From a virus (taxonomy: Duplodnaviria; Heunggongvirae; Uroviricota; Caudoviricetes), in IMG/VR virus record IMGVR_UViG_2778261375_000003: DNA of 64,000 bases; one strand, written 5' to 3'. The number at the start of each line of letters is the position of its first letter. The first letter of the stretch is position 1. A program made the translations under genes and the position numbers. The notes under the pieces were generated by a model that saw nothing but the letters and a program-made list of their open reading frames with translations, searched no databases and was not told the origin of the DNA. Positions 1 through 10,038 of this stretch are shown one piece after another.

Positions 1-342
1 ATGATGAAAAAAAGTATTCTGGCGTTTCTGTTACTCACCAGTTCTGCAGCGGCGCTGGCTGCACCGCAGGTGATTACCGTCAGCCGTTTTGAAGTGGGTA
101 AAGACAAATGGGCGTTTAATCGCGAAGAGGTGATGCTGACTTGCCGACCGGGTAATGCTTTGTATGTCATCAACCCAAGTACCCTCGTGCAGTATCCTTT
201 AAACGATATCGCACAAAAGGAAGTTGCCAGTGGGAAGACTAAAGCCCAACCCATTTCGGTGATTCAGATTGATGATCCTAACAATCCCGGCGAAAAAATG
301 AGTCTGGCACCGTTTATAGAACGAGCTGAAAAACTCTGTTAA
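1..342 (+). CDS. yebY: Periplasmic DUF2511-type protein, YebY-like (host gene)
   Basis: 113-aa ORF from base 1 with signal peptide [20 protein letters not shown]; matches my recollection of E. coli YebY; followed by a hairpin terminator. Confidence 0.6.
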   Translation: MMKKSILAFLLLTSSAAALAAPQVITVSRFEVGKDKWAFNREEVMLTCRPGNALYVINPSTLVQYPLNDIAQKEVASGKTKAQPISVIQIDDPNNPGEKMSLAPFIERAEKLC

Positions 343-371
343 TTACCTAAACTAGCGTTTTGATTTCCAAT

Positions 372-413
372 AAAAAAACCGCCTCAGTTCTTTCACCAGA
401 ACGGGCGGTTTTT
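372..413. terminator. Bidirectional rho-independent terminator
   Basis: A-run, imperfect GC stem (ccgcc ... ggcgg), then T-run; reads as hairpin plus U-tract on both strands. Confidence 0.6.
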
Positions 414-500
414 AACATTTAAGCTGATGACCACCGCGCTTTTTATTGACCATTTTGCACGCAAACTGGAAAACCTGGCGTCGTCATCTATTCTTAAAGG

Positions 501-603
501 GCAAGGCAACTAAGCCTGCATTAATGCCAACTTTTAGCGCACGGCTCTCTCCCAAGAGCCATTTCCCTGGACCGAATACAGGAATCGTATTCGGTCTTTT
601 TTT
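501..603 (+). ncRNA. sdsR: SdsR/RyeB-like small RNA
   Basis: gcaaggcaacuaagccugcauuaaugcc... ending in hairpin 571-595 plus T-run 597-603 matches my memory of SdsR; possible -35 TTGACC at 446-451; known to lie next to yebY. Confidence 0.5.
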
Positions 604-734
604 AATTGTATTTAAAATCAATCAGTTGCAAGCGTCTCCCCGAAATTCCCCGAAATTTACTCGAATTTCTGTATTCCGGTCTTTTTTGGTTATATCACAA
701 CCAATATACATTTAACAATCCATTTACGTTAAAA

Positions 735-1811
735 TCAGAGCAGTAAGTACGTTTTTTCTCGCTCATCAAGATACATTTTTGTTGTCTTCTCCGATGTGTG
801 ACCAAGTAGGCGCTGGGCAAATTCTTCTCCACATGTTTCTTTGTACAATCGTCCAGCCAGACTTCTGATCTCGTGAAAAGTTGGTGGGTTTTCACTGAAC
901 TGGATACCTGTTAATTTTCTGGCTGCGACAAATTTTTTTGTCAGGCCATCCGGGTGAATGCTGCCGTCAGGGCTGTTTTTTCTAATCCCGGCACTGATTA
1001 GATAATCTCCCCGGCTTACCAGGCGGCATCGTTCAACTACTGTACCAAGCCGTAGACCAGCGACAGGAAGGCTGAGTGACAGGGGGATAGCAATCATCAT
1101 TCCTGTCTTAATTTGCCTGATGTGGAGACGATCATCATAAATATCACTGAACCGCATATTCGTTATGTCTTCGCGACGTTGTCCTGTTACAAGGGCTAAA
1201 TCCATAGCTAATGGGAACCATGCCGGAAGTTGATCTGCTGCCTCCCTGATGCAGTTGTATGTCTTTAGTTTCAGTCGTTCTCTTGTAACTACTATTTTCG
1301 GTGCTCTTGTTGGTGTTACTGGATTTTGAGATATACGTCCTTCAACAATGGCCTCGCGGAACATATCAGATAACACAGAACGCATTGATCCTGCCATCGT
1401 GTTTTTCCCTCCTTCAATCCACAAATCAAGAAACTCGGCAATATGGCGAGTGGTTATTTCTGTCAGTAAAACCCCTCCTAATTTTTCTTTTATTGTCTCC
1501 AGTTGATTTACCCGAATTTTATAAGTATTTCTGGACACTTTTCTCCTTATAAGAATCGTTTTGTAACGTTCAATCCAGTCTGCCATAGTAAATGAGTCGA
1601 ACCCTTTTAGTTTTTCAATTAAGGCAGCAGGAGAGTAGTTTTTGTATATATAATGATTTGCTTCAATTGCCTGCGCTACTGCATCTCTTCTTGAAATTTT
1701 ACCTAGTGTAAATTCTTCTTTCGTCAGAGGGTTGCGCCAGTAATATGCTTTGTCCCTCCTTCGATATGTTAAGTTTTTAGGCAAATTGGGATCGTATTTT
1801 TTCCGCTGCAT
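735..1811 (-). CDS. int: Tyrosine integrase, lambda Int family
   Basis: 358 aa; C-terminal catalytic region (...[11 protein letters not shown]...[17 protein letters not shown]) closely parallels lambda Int; overlaps xis as in lambda. Confidence 0.9.
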   Translation of the reverse strand: MQRKKYDPNLPKNLTYRRRDKAYYWRNPLTKEEFTLGKISRRDAVAQAIEANHYIYKNYSPAALIEKLKGFDSFTMADWIERYKTILIRRKVSRNTYKIRVNQLETIKEKLGGVLLTEITTRHIAEFLDLWIEGGKNTMAGSMRSVLSDMFREAIVEGRISQNPVTPTRAPKIVVTRERLKLKTYNCIREAADQLPAWFPLAMDLALVTGQRREDITNMRFSDIYDDRLHIRQIKTGMMIAIPLSLSLPVAGLRLGTVVERCRLVSRGDYLISAGIRKNSPDGSIHPDGLTKKFVAARKLTGIQFSENPPTFHEIRSLAGRLYKETCGEEFAQRLLGHTSEKTTKMYLDEREKTYLLL

Positions 1812-2064
1812 GTTTTAACTTCTCCAGTAACGGACTGTCTCTCCCTTGTCGCCCATTAGGCTGATGGTGTGTTATATCGGTATCAACCTTATTTGGGTTG
1901 ATATAGAAAGCTTCCGGAACCACCCTGTAACTCCTCCCGTGTAGTTCAGGTGCAGGATAAATGTTTCCATTCCTTGCCCATCGTCTCAGCGTTGATATTG
2001 ATGGTGGGTTATCCGGATATCTGAGTTTTCCCCACGTTTTGAGTGTCACAAGATTCATTGCCAT
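1777..2064 (-). CDS. xis: Excisionase (Xis-like)
   Basis: Small ORF directly upstream of and overlapping int; winged-helix-like TLRRWARNGNIYPAP resembles lambda Xis. Confidence 0.7.
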   Translation of the reverse strand: MAMNLVTLKTWGKLRYPDNPPSISTLRRWARNGNIYPAPELHGRSYRVVPEAFYINPNKVDTDITHHQPNGRQGRDSPLLEKLKHAAEKIRSQFA

Positions 2065-2164
2065 ACCTCTTACGATATGACCGCCAGTAAATATACAGAA
2101 TACTGGCGGGTGTGGTTGATTTTTAATAATCAGCTATGAAGTTATAATTTGTATATAATGCAAC

Positions 2165-2353
2165 TCACGAGGACAGAAGTTTCTCGCAATTAAAATTTAT
2201 CAGCTTTACTTTCTGCTCTCTGGACACGCCTGCTTCTTTTTTCCCTGAGAGCATTTTTTCGCATTCTGATTTCGTTAATTTAGATTTTGAATATCTTGTC
2301 CAGTTAGTAGGAGTGCCACCTTCTTTTTCAATAGTGGCAGTTATTTTATACAT
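2165..2353 (-). CDS. Hypothetical small protein (YdaC position in Rac)
   Basis: ORF between xis and lar; start chosen at internal Met to limit overlap with lar; start uncertain. Confidence 0.4.
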   Translation of the reverse strand: MYKITATIEKEGGTPTNWTRYSKSKLTKSECEKMLSGKKEAGVSREQKVKLINFNCEKLLSS

Positions 2354-2549
2354 GAACACCTCCATTATTATTTCCAGTAGTTCGTTTATTCCATCTTTCG
2401 AGTGCTTCTTTTTCACTTCCACCATAGCCAGTTCGGGATTCGCATTCGTTGCATTTTGCCCGGTAATACCCTGAAATTGCTTTCACCGTAACAGATGGAC
2501 AACCACAAAACGGACATGGTTTAACATCGTCATATCTCATAATTTTTGT
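2346..2549 (-). CDS. lar: Restriction alleviation protein, Lar/RalR family
   Basis: MTKIMRYDDVKPCPFCGC...CNECESRTGYGGSEKEALERWNKR zinc-ribbon signature of the Lar family; sits upstream of recT as in Rac. Confidence 0.8.
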   Translation of the reverse strand, partial: TKIMRYDDVKPCPFCGCPSVTVKAISGYYRAKCNECESRTGYGGSEKEALERWNKRTTGNNNGGVHV

Positions 2550-2596
2550 CATAAAAACTGTCTCACGTTGGCGGTGCATTACACCGCCAGGCTGAA

Positions 2597-3406
2597 TTAT
2601 TCTTCTGAATTATCGATTACACTGTATTCCCCGGTTAATACAGAGGAGTCTGCCGGATCGATTGTCAGTGGTTCCTTTTCATCCATTGATACTGCACGCT
2701 GGATTTCAATTGAGACAGGCAGGTATTTAAACAGGCGACGAATAGCCGTTTTTTTTGCCATTTCTTCCCAGTGAGTTACCCATGGCCCGTTATTACCAGC
2801 CTTACTCTGGCTGCGCACCAGTTCAATCTGTTTGCGCGTCATAACTTCAAACTGAGTCCCTCCGTCTTTCAGTCTTGCGACAGCATAGACGTGGGTCACT
2901 GGTGCATCTTCGTTTTCTCCCGGGCGGTGTATTAACTTTTCATCAAGGCCAAATTCAAAACTAAACTCGTCACCTTCACGGACAACACGGGCTGACAGGC
3001 TGGCGATTTGACCAGAACGGCGAGCCAGATCAATCATGCCGCGATAACCAATGATTAGCTGAACGTTCTTTTTACCGCTCTTTTCGTTTTTATTACCAAA
3101 AGGCAGTAAATATGCGTGGCCGAGGGCGCTACCTGGCTCAAGGCCGAGCTGTGAACACTGAACGATCGCACTGACAAAACTCATGGTGTCACAGTTTCCT
3201 AGCGCCGGAACCTTACGAATTTCTGTGGTGGCGATACGTATCATTCGTTCAGCCGTCATATGGCGTGGGAGAGCTGCTGCCAGTTGCTCTTTCATTGATG
3301 GCTGATTAATAAAGCTGATCACGTCGTTATTTTTTACTGCTGCTGGTGCACGGTTTCCCTGAGTTTTTTGCAGATCGGCTTTTGCGATTGGTGGTTGCTT
3401 AGTCAT
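2597..3406 (-). CDS. recT: RecT single-strand annealing recombinase
   Basis: 269 aa from [24 protein letters not shown]...; essentially the Rac RecT sequence as I recall it. Confidence 0.95.
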   Translation of the reverse strand: MTKQPPIAKADLQKTQGNRAPAAVKNNDVISFINQPSMKEQLAAALPRHMTAERMIRIATTEIRKVPALGNCDTMSFVSAIVQCSQLGLEPGSALGHAYLLPFGNKNEKSGKKNVQLIIGYRGMIDLARRSGQIASLSARVVREGDEFSFEFGLDEKLIHRPGENEDAPVTHVYAVARLKDGGTQFEVMTRKQIELVRSQSKAGNNGPWVTHWEEMAKKTAIRRLFKYLPVSIEIQRAVSMDEKEPLTIDPADSSVLTGEYSVIDNSEE

Positions 3407-6053
3407 TTGCATATTCCTTAGCCCAGCGGGGCAGTGATAACGTCTTAATAGCTGGCCATTCATCGGTATTGAGGCAGTCAGCCAGGGTTCGCAGATTGCG
3501 GTGATATTCCAGCTGACCTGCCAGTTTTGCTTCTTCGCCCATCATGAAAATTTCAACCGGATAACGTCCGCATTCAATAGTTGTGCTGGCAACCAGAAAA
3601 ACGAAAGTTGGCTGCACTCCAAACTGTGCTTCATAACCGTCACTGTAGAATGCATCCTGAACGTGATAGCGGTAGTCGTAATAAGCGGTTTTGAATCGTT
3701 GAATATCCGCCGTAGTTTTCACGTCCATGATCCAGTGAAATTCAGGGATAATTTTGTCCGGACGGCACCGACACAAAATTCCTGTTTCAGGATCTTCCCA
3801 GTAAATTGATGATTCAGCGTGTCCGGCGCTTTCAACAAGCCATTGCCCCAGCGGCAAAGCCATAACGCTTTGATACATGAGTTCAATTTTCCGGCCTTCT
3901 TCCGCAGTGATAACCGTTTTTCCTGTGCTTGCGCATTCCATCAGAAACGCTTTCTCTTCTTCTTTTCCGGCGTTTGTACGGCGGTTAAATTCAGGTGCTA
4001 CGATAAAGCGGTTACTGAATTCTTCCGGTTCAAGTACCCGGCAGTGGAAAGCGGTTCCTAAATCGAGCGTTTTTGTCTTTGTGGTGTCCACGGGGGCATT
4101 TTTACGCCACAAATACAGTGCCGGAGTATCAGCAATGTCGTCGAGCTGAGACTTACTGACACCGGGACCCGCGTGGTAACTCTCATTCGAAATTCCGTAA
4201 TAAATACCTGGCTCTATGTCTTCTACGATTACGGGATCTGCGACTTCGCCAGTTTCATCACTGCAATCGCGATGCGGATCGCTGCCAGCATTCTCATTGT
4301 GCGGATGTTCAGCGCCTTCCATTTCCTCCGGATCATTTTCCTTAGCTTCAACCTGATTCTCTTCACCGAATGTTTCCTGGTATGTTGCGTCGCCCATCAC
4401 CGCACCACAGTCAGGGCAGTTATCCCCGCCAGTCTGACCGCAGGCATTGCAGACTATTTCCGGTTCCTGTTGCACTACTGGCTCAGGTTGTTTCACATCC
4501 GGGCTGGTTTTTTCCGTTTCTGGCGTGTTTTGTTCCGTTTCTGGCTGGTTCTGGTACACAGAATCGCGAGTCTGGATCCCCTTAACCCATTTCGGATCGT
4601 TCGGGTCGCTAATTCCGTCAACAAATTCACCACGTGATGCAGCAAGCAATTTATCGGCATCGACAGGATTTTTTGATGGAATGTTTTTCCGGGCTTCATG
4701 GAGTTCTGCCCGCAGTTCCTGATATTTCGCATCAACAGAATTTACCTGTGACTGAGCATCCAGCGGCTGCGTGTCCTGATGATGTTCAGTTGCGTCCGGT
4801 TCCATTGTTTCAGCCTCTCCCTGTTCATCTGCCGTTGTTCCAGTTGGTTGTGGTTTTTCTTCATCATCCTGTTTTCCTTCTTCTGTTACACGCTGCGGCA
4901 TCGGGGCAGAGGAGCGACCGCAGGCAATATCCACGATTTCCGGATCAGGGTTGGCATGATCGGTTTCAGTCAGTACTTTGTTCAGATATTCAGTGACGTG
5001 CGCGGGGATGACCTCGATCCCAATTGGTGCTTTTTTCACGGACGCAACCACGATGGCGCGTGAATAATCCAGCCCGCCAGGCATGGTGATGAATTTGTCG
5101 CGGAAAACAGAAAAGGGCGGTTTATTTTCAGCGATAATTTCCTCGACACGTTTAGCGTGTGCCGGATGAAGGTTATAAATGTCCACGTCCATTGAACGAG
5201 CCAGTACGCCAGTGGCTACGTCGCGCGCCAGTGACGTCAGATCGTGAACGAAACCTTCGCCGCGATCGGTGAGGTTCCCGCCGCCAGCATTAGCGCCGGA
5301 AGCCGTGCGCGTGATGCGTGAAACACGATTTCCTTTCATCCACTCTTTTGTCAGCAGACCGCGATCGGTGTAGTCTGCGTCCAGGTATGCTTCGAAAAAA
5401 GCAGTCATCAGCCCCAGGCTTGAATTGCCTGGATTAGGGAAAACTCTGTCAGTATCACGCACCAGTTTGTGGAGATCGCGAATTTCCAGCGGGTCGAGCA
5501 GGCTGGTTTTGTGGGAAACAGCCAGGGCAGTAACAGCTGGTAGTTCTTCAGCTCGTGCAATGTGTAATGCCTGGAGTTTGTCGCGTGAAACGTGCGTTAC
5601 CGGTTTTTCGCTGCCGTGTTGAGCAAGCCAGCGAATGGGCAGCTCCTGACCGGAAATCGGGAGTAGCATATTCTCCTCAATCTCCGTCATGTCTTCGCCA
5701 TTAACATTGGTATTGTCAGTGCTGGCTGGTTTGTCCTGCGCAGAGGATGAGGGCGCGATAAATACCATTGTGATGCCATCTTCCCCGCCTTTTTCGTAAC
5801 GGTTGCAGAATTCCGTATCAAATACGCCCTCTGGTGGAAGGTCATCAACAACGGGCAAATTGACGCGAACAGGTTTTTTAAAGTCATCTTCATCGTAGCC
5901 AGCATCGTCAATCGCAACAGCACCACGGGATATGGCAATGGATAATTTTTTCGCTTCAGCCCAGTAGAAACCGCCTTTAATACCGAGACGTTTTCTTACT
6001 TTGTCATTTTTTGCTTCGTAATACAGTGGGTAAACTTGTTTATCGGTGCTCAT
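3399..6053 (-). CDS. recE: RecE exonuclease VIII
   Basis: 884-aa ORF overlapping recT start; acidic low-complexity middle and C-terminal nuclease domain (...[22 protein letters not shown]...) as in Rac RecE. Confidence 0.9.
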   Translation of the reverse strand: MSTDKQVYPLYYEAKNDKVRKRLGIKGGFYWAEAKKLSIAISRGAVAIDDAGYDEDDFKKPVRVNLPVVDDLPPEGVFDTEFCNRYEKGGEDGITMVFIAPSSSAQDKPASTDNTNVNGEDMTEIEENMLLPISGQELPIRWLAQHGSEKPVTHVSRDKLQALHIARAEELPAVTALAVSHKTSLLDPLEIRDLHKLVRDTDRVFPNPGNSSLGLMTAFFEAYLDADYTDRGLLTKEWMKGNRVSRITRTASGANAGGGNLTDRGEGFVHDLTSLARDVATGVLARSMDVDIYNLHPAHAKRVEEIIAENKPPFSVFRDKFITMPGGLDYSRAIVVASVKKAPIGIEVIPAHVTEYLNKVLTETDHANPDPEIVDIACGRSSAPMPQRVTEEGKQDDEEKPQPTGTTADEQGEAETMEPDATEHHQDTQPLDAQSQVNSVDAKYQELRAELHEARKNIPSKNPVDADKLLAASRGEFVDGISDPNDPKWVKGIQTRDSVYQNQPETEQNTPETEKTSPDVKQPEPVVQQEPEIVCNACGQTGGDNCPDCGAVMGDATYQETFGEENQVEAKENDPEEMEGAEHPHNENAGSDPHRDCSDETGEVADPVIVEDIEPGIYYGISNESYHAGPGVSKSQLDDIADTPALYLWRKNAPVDTTKTKTLDLGTAFHCRVLEPEEFSNRFIVAPEFNRRTNAGKEEEKAFLMECASTGKTVITAEEGRKIELMYQSVMALPLGQWLVESAGHAESSIYWEDPETGILCRCRPDKIIPEFHWIMDVKTTADIQRFKTAYYDYRYHVQDAFYSDGYEAQFGVQPTFVFLVASTTIECGRYPVEIFMMGEEAKLAGQLEYHRNLRTLADCLNTDEWPAIKTLSLPRWAKEYAND

Positions 6054-6152
6054 TGTTTTTTAACCTCAACTCAGATTAAAATTAATGCGAGTGATGAATA
6101 AATGTCCCAGGTTCTTCACTCAGGCCTGCACAGTGTGCAGGCTTTCTTTTTT

Positions 6153-6428
6153 TCAGATTTCACCTTTTAATTTCATTGCAATCAGAGTTGCCAGAAATTC
6201 GGCTTTTTTTTCTGCGGGCAGATTCTTTCCTATGTGCACCAGACACATTTTTTTAACACCATCGTTAAGTGTTTTAACGTTGCCTGATGGACCGTCGATA
6301 TCAACCACAGTGAATGGGGTTTCTTTATTTTCTGTCTTAATCACGTAGCCAATACGCTTTCCTTCCAGGGTAACTTCGTGAACAATGTCATCAGTAGTAA
6401 CAACAGTGGCTTCATAACTGGTAATCAT
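6153..6428 (-). CDS. racC: RacC
   Basis: 91 aa from MITSYEATVVTTDDIVHEV...; matches recalled Rac RacC. Confidence 0.85.
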   Translation of the reverse strand: MITSYEATVVTTDDIVHEVTLEGKRIGYVIKTENKETPFTVVDIDGPSGNVKTLNDGVKKMCLVHIGKNLPAEKKAEFLATLIAMKLKGEI

Positions 6429-6502
6429 GTTTTTCTCCTTAATTAAGGTTGAGTGAATCCCTGCCATTGCTGGCATAAATTCAGTTTCGGATAGTCAGTT
6501 AA

Positions 6503-6673
6503 TTAAAGTTCGTGTGCCATCTGGTCTTTTTCGGCACAGATTTCACTACAATATTTTTTCATTTCCGTCGTTGGTATAACTCCACGCATGAAATGAAGTG
6601 GTCTTGTAATGATTTTGCTTTCTTCAATTTCTTTATTGCAAAGGTGATAAGCACATTTTATTTTCTTAGTCAT
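6503..6673 (-). CDS. ydaE: YdaE-like small zinc-binding protein
   Basis: Hand-translated 56-aa [22 protein letters not shown]...YCSEICAEKDQMAHEL, below the ORF-track size cutoff; start overlaps kilR stop (TAATG). Confidence 0.7.
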   Translation of the reverse strand: MTKKIKCAYHLCNKEIEESKIITRPLHFMRGVIPTTEMKKYCSEICAEKDQMAHEL

Positions 6674-6894
6674 TACCATGACTCCGCCTTTACAGGTAAA
6701 CCATCACGACCGAGGAAGACTTTAATCATGCAGTCAGAAATGCATGTTTTTGTAGTCAGGCTACGAATATAAAGTTTTCGCTTTTTAATATTGTTTGCCG
6801 AGGCGATATACGTCCGGCCTTCATGAAGAACATAATCGCCAGGGGTCACACACTGACGTGGTATTTCATCAGTTCCGAAGTGATGAGCAATCAT
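6673..6894 (-). CDS. kilR: KilR, FtsZ-inhibiting killing protein
   Basis: 73 aa [38 protein letters not shown]...; matches recalled Rac KilR. Confidence 0.85.
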   Translation of the reverse strand: MIAHHFGTDEIPRQCVTPGDYVLHEGRTYIASANNIKKRKLYIRSLTTKTCISDCMIKVFLGRDGLPVKAESW

Positions 6895-7289
6895 AATTAT
6901 CTCCATTTTTACAAATGAATTTTGTCGATGCGGTGCCTGGTGCCTCCAGGTGACGTTAACCAGTTAACAATTAACGCCGGATAATCCACCCATAACACTG
7001 ATGCTTTTAACTGTTCCGCGTGCGCTTAGCCGCATTCACCGCATCACAAAATTCACTTTAAAAAGGGGCGGCAGGGCAGCCACGGAGTAGAACTGATGCC
7101 GCCAAAGACTAGACACAGCAATGTCGTTATTTACAACCGGAGGCGCACTCCCACCATTTAAATTTAACAGACAAGACCGACTCTTTATGAATACCGGAAA
7201 TGCGCCTTCGTGTTGTGCGCCTGTCTTTTTACCACTTCAGGCTCGGTGGTATACTGGAGTTCTCACACAACCAGTAATAAGGTATTCCG

Positions 7290-7484
7290 ATGGATAATAA
7301 AGACAAAGCCTGGCTACTTGCTTTAGCTTTCAGCATCAGATCGCAGCGAGAAACAACTCATCAAGAATTTTTCTCGGAAATCGAGAATGCTGAGAATGAG
7401 TTTTTGTCACTACTCAATGAACGTGATGCTAAAAAAAGCGCCGATTCACTTAAGGCTTGGGCGAAACTAGGCTCTTCAAAATAA
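7290..7484 (+). CDS. Hypothetical small protein
   Basis: 64-aa ORF with upstream -10-like tatact and purine-rich RBS region; no recognised family. Confidence 0.35.
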   Translation: MDNKDKAWLLALAFSIRSQRETTHQEFFSEIENAENEFLSLLNERDAKKSADSLKAWAKLGSSK

Positions 7485-7668
7485 TTGCTTCTGTAGCGGC
7501 ATGAACAACTGTTTTTGCCGCCTCTTCAACTTCCTTGTCTGGACGACCAGCCTTTACTTTTTCTGCAATGACCTCCAGCACAGTTGGAAGAACCTTGCTA
7601 ATAAGCATGGCTGCCACATCTTTGCTGCACAATTGACCGTTAATAACAACCAGATCTTCACCAACCAT
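7450..7668 (-). CDS. Hypothetical small protein
   Basis: 72-aa ORF with strong RBS (aagggg 8 nt upstream of ATG); convergent with and overlapping 7290-7484. Confidence 0.4.
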   Translation of the reverse strand: MVGEDLVVINGQLCSKDVAAMLISKVLPTVLEVIAEKVKAGRPDKEVEEAAKTVVHAATEAIILKSLVSPKP

Positions 7669-7859
7669 CTTTTTTCCCCTTAACGCCGGGTGGCGGAACT
7701 AAAACCTACAGCGCCGTGCTGTTCTTGATATAAATATTAGTAACACGGATATTTTAAGTCAACAGTATGGCGTATGATATTTTTGATTTAGTAACTATGT
7801 AAATGTTTTTTCAAGGGAAAAATATTAGTTATACAGCTGATTTGCAGAAGTTATGGCAC

Positions 7860-7890
7860 AAAAAAACCGACTAAGACGTCGGTTTTTTTG
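7860..7890. terminator. Bidirectional terminator downstream of racR
   Basis: aaaaaaccgac-taag-acgtcggttttttt hairpin flanked by A-run and T-run. Confidence 0.6.
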
Positions 7891-7915
7891 TTGTGGATGG
7901 GGTAGTGAGTGGTGG

Positions 7916-8377
7916 CTACTGGTTACGTTTCTTTAGTGCCAGCATGTTCTCGAAGGCTTCCTCGTAGAGCTTGTTTAGTCCACGTAGCTGGTTAAGGAGT
8001 TTGGCTTTTTCTGACGCAGGTAGAATCTCGAAGAGGTTAAGTAACTCAGCCTGTTCTTCATTGACCAGCCTCCATCCTTTGCCTGAAAAGCTATCATCAT
8101 AAGTATCTGATGATCTTACATAATTCATTAAGTCTTTAAGGTCTTCTCGAATGTCCTCTGGTTTTACCTTTAACAGAGCCGCAAATTTTAGCGCAGCGTC
8201 GGTATTTACCGGTATCTTGCCGTTCAGATACTGGCTAACGGTGCCTTGAGATTCGAATCCCAACAACTCAGCCGCCAGCTCTTGAGTCAGCTTCAGCTCT
8301 TTTTTTCTTGCATTCCATGCGGCTTTTAAATTCTTGCTCGCTTCTGGAGTTGCAATCACTTCGCGTGTTTTTTTCAT
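7916..8377 (-). CDS. racR: RacR-like HTH repressor
   Basis: 153 aa with XRE-type HTH (LTQELAAELLGFESQGTVSQYLNGK); divergent from a Cro-like gene; position equals RacR in Rac. Confidence 0.7.
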   Translation of the reverse strand: MKKTREVIATPEASKNLKAAWNARKKELKLTQELAAELLGFESQGTVSQYLNGKIPVNTDAALKFAALLKVKPEDIREDLKDLMNYVRSSDTYDDSFSGKGWRLVNEEQAELLNLFEILPASEKAKLLNQLRGLNKLYEEAFENMLALKKRNQ

Positions 8378-8425
8378 ACATAGAGTTTATTTGTTTTACC
8401 AATATTATCAAAGATAGTCTGACTG

Positions 8426-8454
8426 TTGATCTTTAAAATTAGTGGAGCTAATAT
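8426..8454 (+). promoter_or_regulatory. Candidate pR-like promoter for ydaS-ydaT
   Basis: TTGATC, 17-bp spacer, TAATAT, about 25 nt upstream of ydaS ATG, in the racR/ydaS divergent region. Confidence 0.4.
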
Positions 8455-8478
8455 TTGCTCGAGGCATAACGTAGAAGG

Positions 8479-8760
8479 TTGGCTATGAACTTAAGAGACT
8501 ATTTAAAAGAGAAACATATCACCCAGTTACAGTTTGGGAAGCTAACGGGTTTATCTCAGGTGCATGTAAGTCGAGTGCTGGGGGGCTATGAAAGATTCAG
8601 CCCTGAAAAAGCATTACGTGTTGCTGAAGTAACGAATTTCGAGGTTACACCTCATGAACTCCGGCCTGATATCTACCCGAATCCGACCGATGGTTTACCT
8701 GTTGGATGTAAGGCTAACACACAAAATGCACAGGAGTTGATTCATGAAAATCAGGCATGA
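8479..8760 (+). CDS. ydaS: YdaS-like Cro-type HTH protein
   Basis: 93 aa, HTH (LTGLSQVHVSRVL), divergent from repressor. Confidence 0.7.
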   Translation: MAMNLRDYLKEKHITQLQFGKLTGLSQVHVSRVLGGYERFSPEKALRVAEVTNFEVTPHELRPDIYPNPTDGLPVGCKANTQNAQELIHENQA

Positions 8761-9166
8761 GCACATCGAATCAGTGTTGTTAGCCCTAGCCGCTGAAAAA
8801 GGGCAGGCGTGGGTCGCTAACGCAATTACTGAAGAATATCTGCGCCAGGGGGGCGGCGAATTGCCCCTGGTACCAGGCAAGGACTGGAATAATCAGCAGA
8901 ACATCTATCACCGTTGGTTAAAAGGTGAAACGGAAGCGCAAAGGGAAAAAATTCAGAAACTGATCCCTGCAATTCTGGCAATCCTTCCGCGCGGGCTGCG
9001 TCACCGACTCTGCATCTTCGATACCCTGGAACGCCGTGCATTACTGGCGGCGCAGGAAGCGTTGAGTACGGCAATTGATGCGCATGATGATGCAGTCCAG
9101 GCCGTTTACCGGAAAGCACATTTCAGCGGTGGTGGGTCGCCCGGCGATTCTGTCGTAGTGCATTGA
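8744..9166 (+). CDS. ydaT: YdaT-like protein
   Basis: 140 aa, overlaps ydaS 3' end; length and position match Rac YdaT. Confidence 0.7.
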   Translation: MKIRHEHIESVLLALAAEKGQAWVANAITEEYLRQGGGELPLVPGKDWNNQQNIYHRWLKGETEAQREKIQKLIPAILAILPRGLRHRLCIFDTLERRALLAAQEALSTAIDAHDDAVQAVYRKAHFSGGGSPGDSVVVH

Positions 9167-9210
9167 TTGAAATTAATCGTGCCGGATTGTTTTGTTCGGT
9201 ATCAGTTAAA

Positions 9211-9630
9211 TGTAACGCTGCGAGCGTTACAAGGTGAAAACAAATGGCTTCAAACTGGATAAAGCTCGAGGTTATTACGCCGGATAAGCCGGAAATATTC
9301 AGGCTTGCTGAGATTCTGAATATTGATCCAGATGCCGCATTAGGGAAGGTTATTCGCTTCTGGGCATGGGCGGATCAACAAATGATAGACGGTAATGCAG
9401 ATTGTAACGCTCGCGGCGTTACAAAAAGTGCAATAGATCGCATCACTTTTATGGCTGGTTTTGCTGATGCGTTAATTCAGGTTGGATGGCTGGTCGAAAA
9501 TGACGGTGGGCTTTCTCTACCTAACTTTGAACGTCATAACGGGAAAAGCTCTAAAAAACGGGCGGTTACAAACGAGCGAGTTACAAAAATACGCGAACTG
9601 AAACGAAAAGGTAACGCTGGCAGCGTTACA
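9211..9630. repeat. Three copies of a GTAACGC(N)GCGTTAC palindrome plus one degenerate copy
   Basis: Perfect palindromes at 9211-9231, 9403-9423, 9611-9630 and a degenerate gttaca...gttaca at about 9565-9585; first overlaps the ydaU RBS region, others lie inside ydaU. Confidence 0.8.
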
Positions 9631-10032
9631 CAAATGGATCAAAAAGCGTTACCAGAGGAAGAGGAAGAGGAAGATATAAATACTGATCTCCCCCTAAATC
9701 CCCCTCGCCAAAAACGAGCGTCTAAAAAATTTGAGCCGGAGGCTATTGAGCTGCCCGATTGGTTGCCGGAAACACTCTGGCATGAGTGGGTCCGGTTCAG
9801 GCAGGCATTGCGAAAACCGATTCGAACGGAGCAGGGCGCTAACGGGGCGATACGGGAGCTGGAAAAATTCCGCCAGCAGGGTTTTACACCTGAGCAGGTG
9901 ATTCGACACAGCATCGCCAATGAATACCAGGGCCTGTTCGCGCCGAAAGGTGTTCGGCCTGAGACGTTGCTCCGACAGGTTAACACTGTCTCGTTGCCGG
10001 ACAGTGCGATCCCGCCAGGCTTCAGGGGGTAA
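9244..10032 (+). CDS. ydaU: YdaU-like replication initiation protein (lambda O analogue)
   Basis: 262 aa directly upstream of a DnaC-like gene; carries internal palindromic repeats. Confidence 0.65.
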   Translation: MASNWIKLEVITPDKPEIFRLAEILNIDPDAALGKVIRFWAWADQQMIDGNADCNARGVTKSAIDRITFMAGFADALIQVGWLVENDGGLSLPNFERHNGKSSKKRAVTNERVTKIRELKRKGNAGSVTQMDQKALPEEEEEEDINTDLPLNPPRQKRASKKFEPEAIELPDWLPETLWHEWVRFRQALRKPIRTEQGANGAIRELEKFRQQGFTPEQVIRHSIANEYQGLFAPKGVRPETLLRQVNTVSLPDSAIPPGFRG

Positions 10033-10038
10033 CGGACC

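Noticed and set aside
446-715. 89-aa plus-strand ORF
   Set aside because: Overlaps the SdsR-like sRNA and its terminator, has no RBS, and its protein is low-complexity; the region is better explained as sRNA plus attachment region.
4173-5063. Several plus-strand ORFs (4173-4637, 4370-4585, 4447-4722, 4634-4996, 4779-5063)
   Set aside because: All lie antisense within recE, lack ribosome-binding sites, and have low-complexity composition mirroring the acidic repeats of RecE; treated as shadow ORFs.
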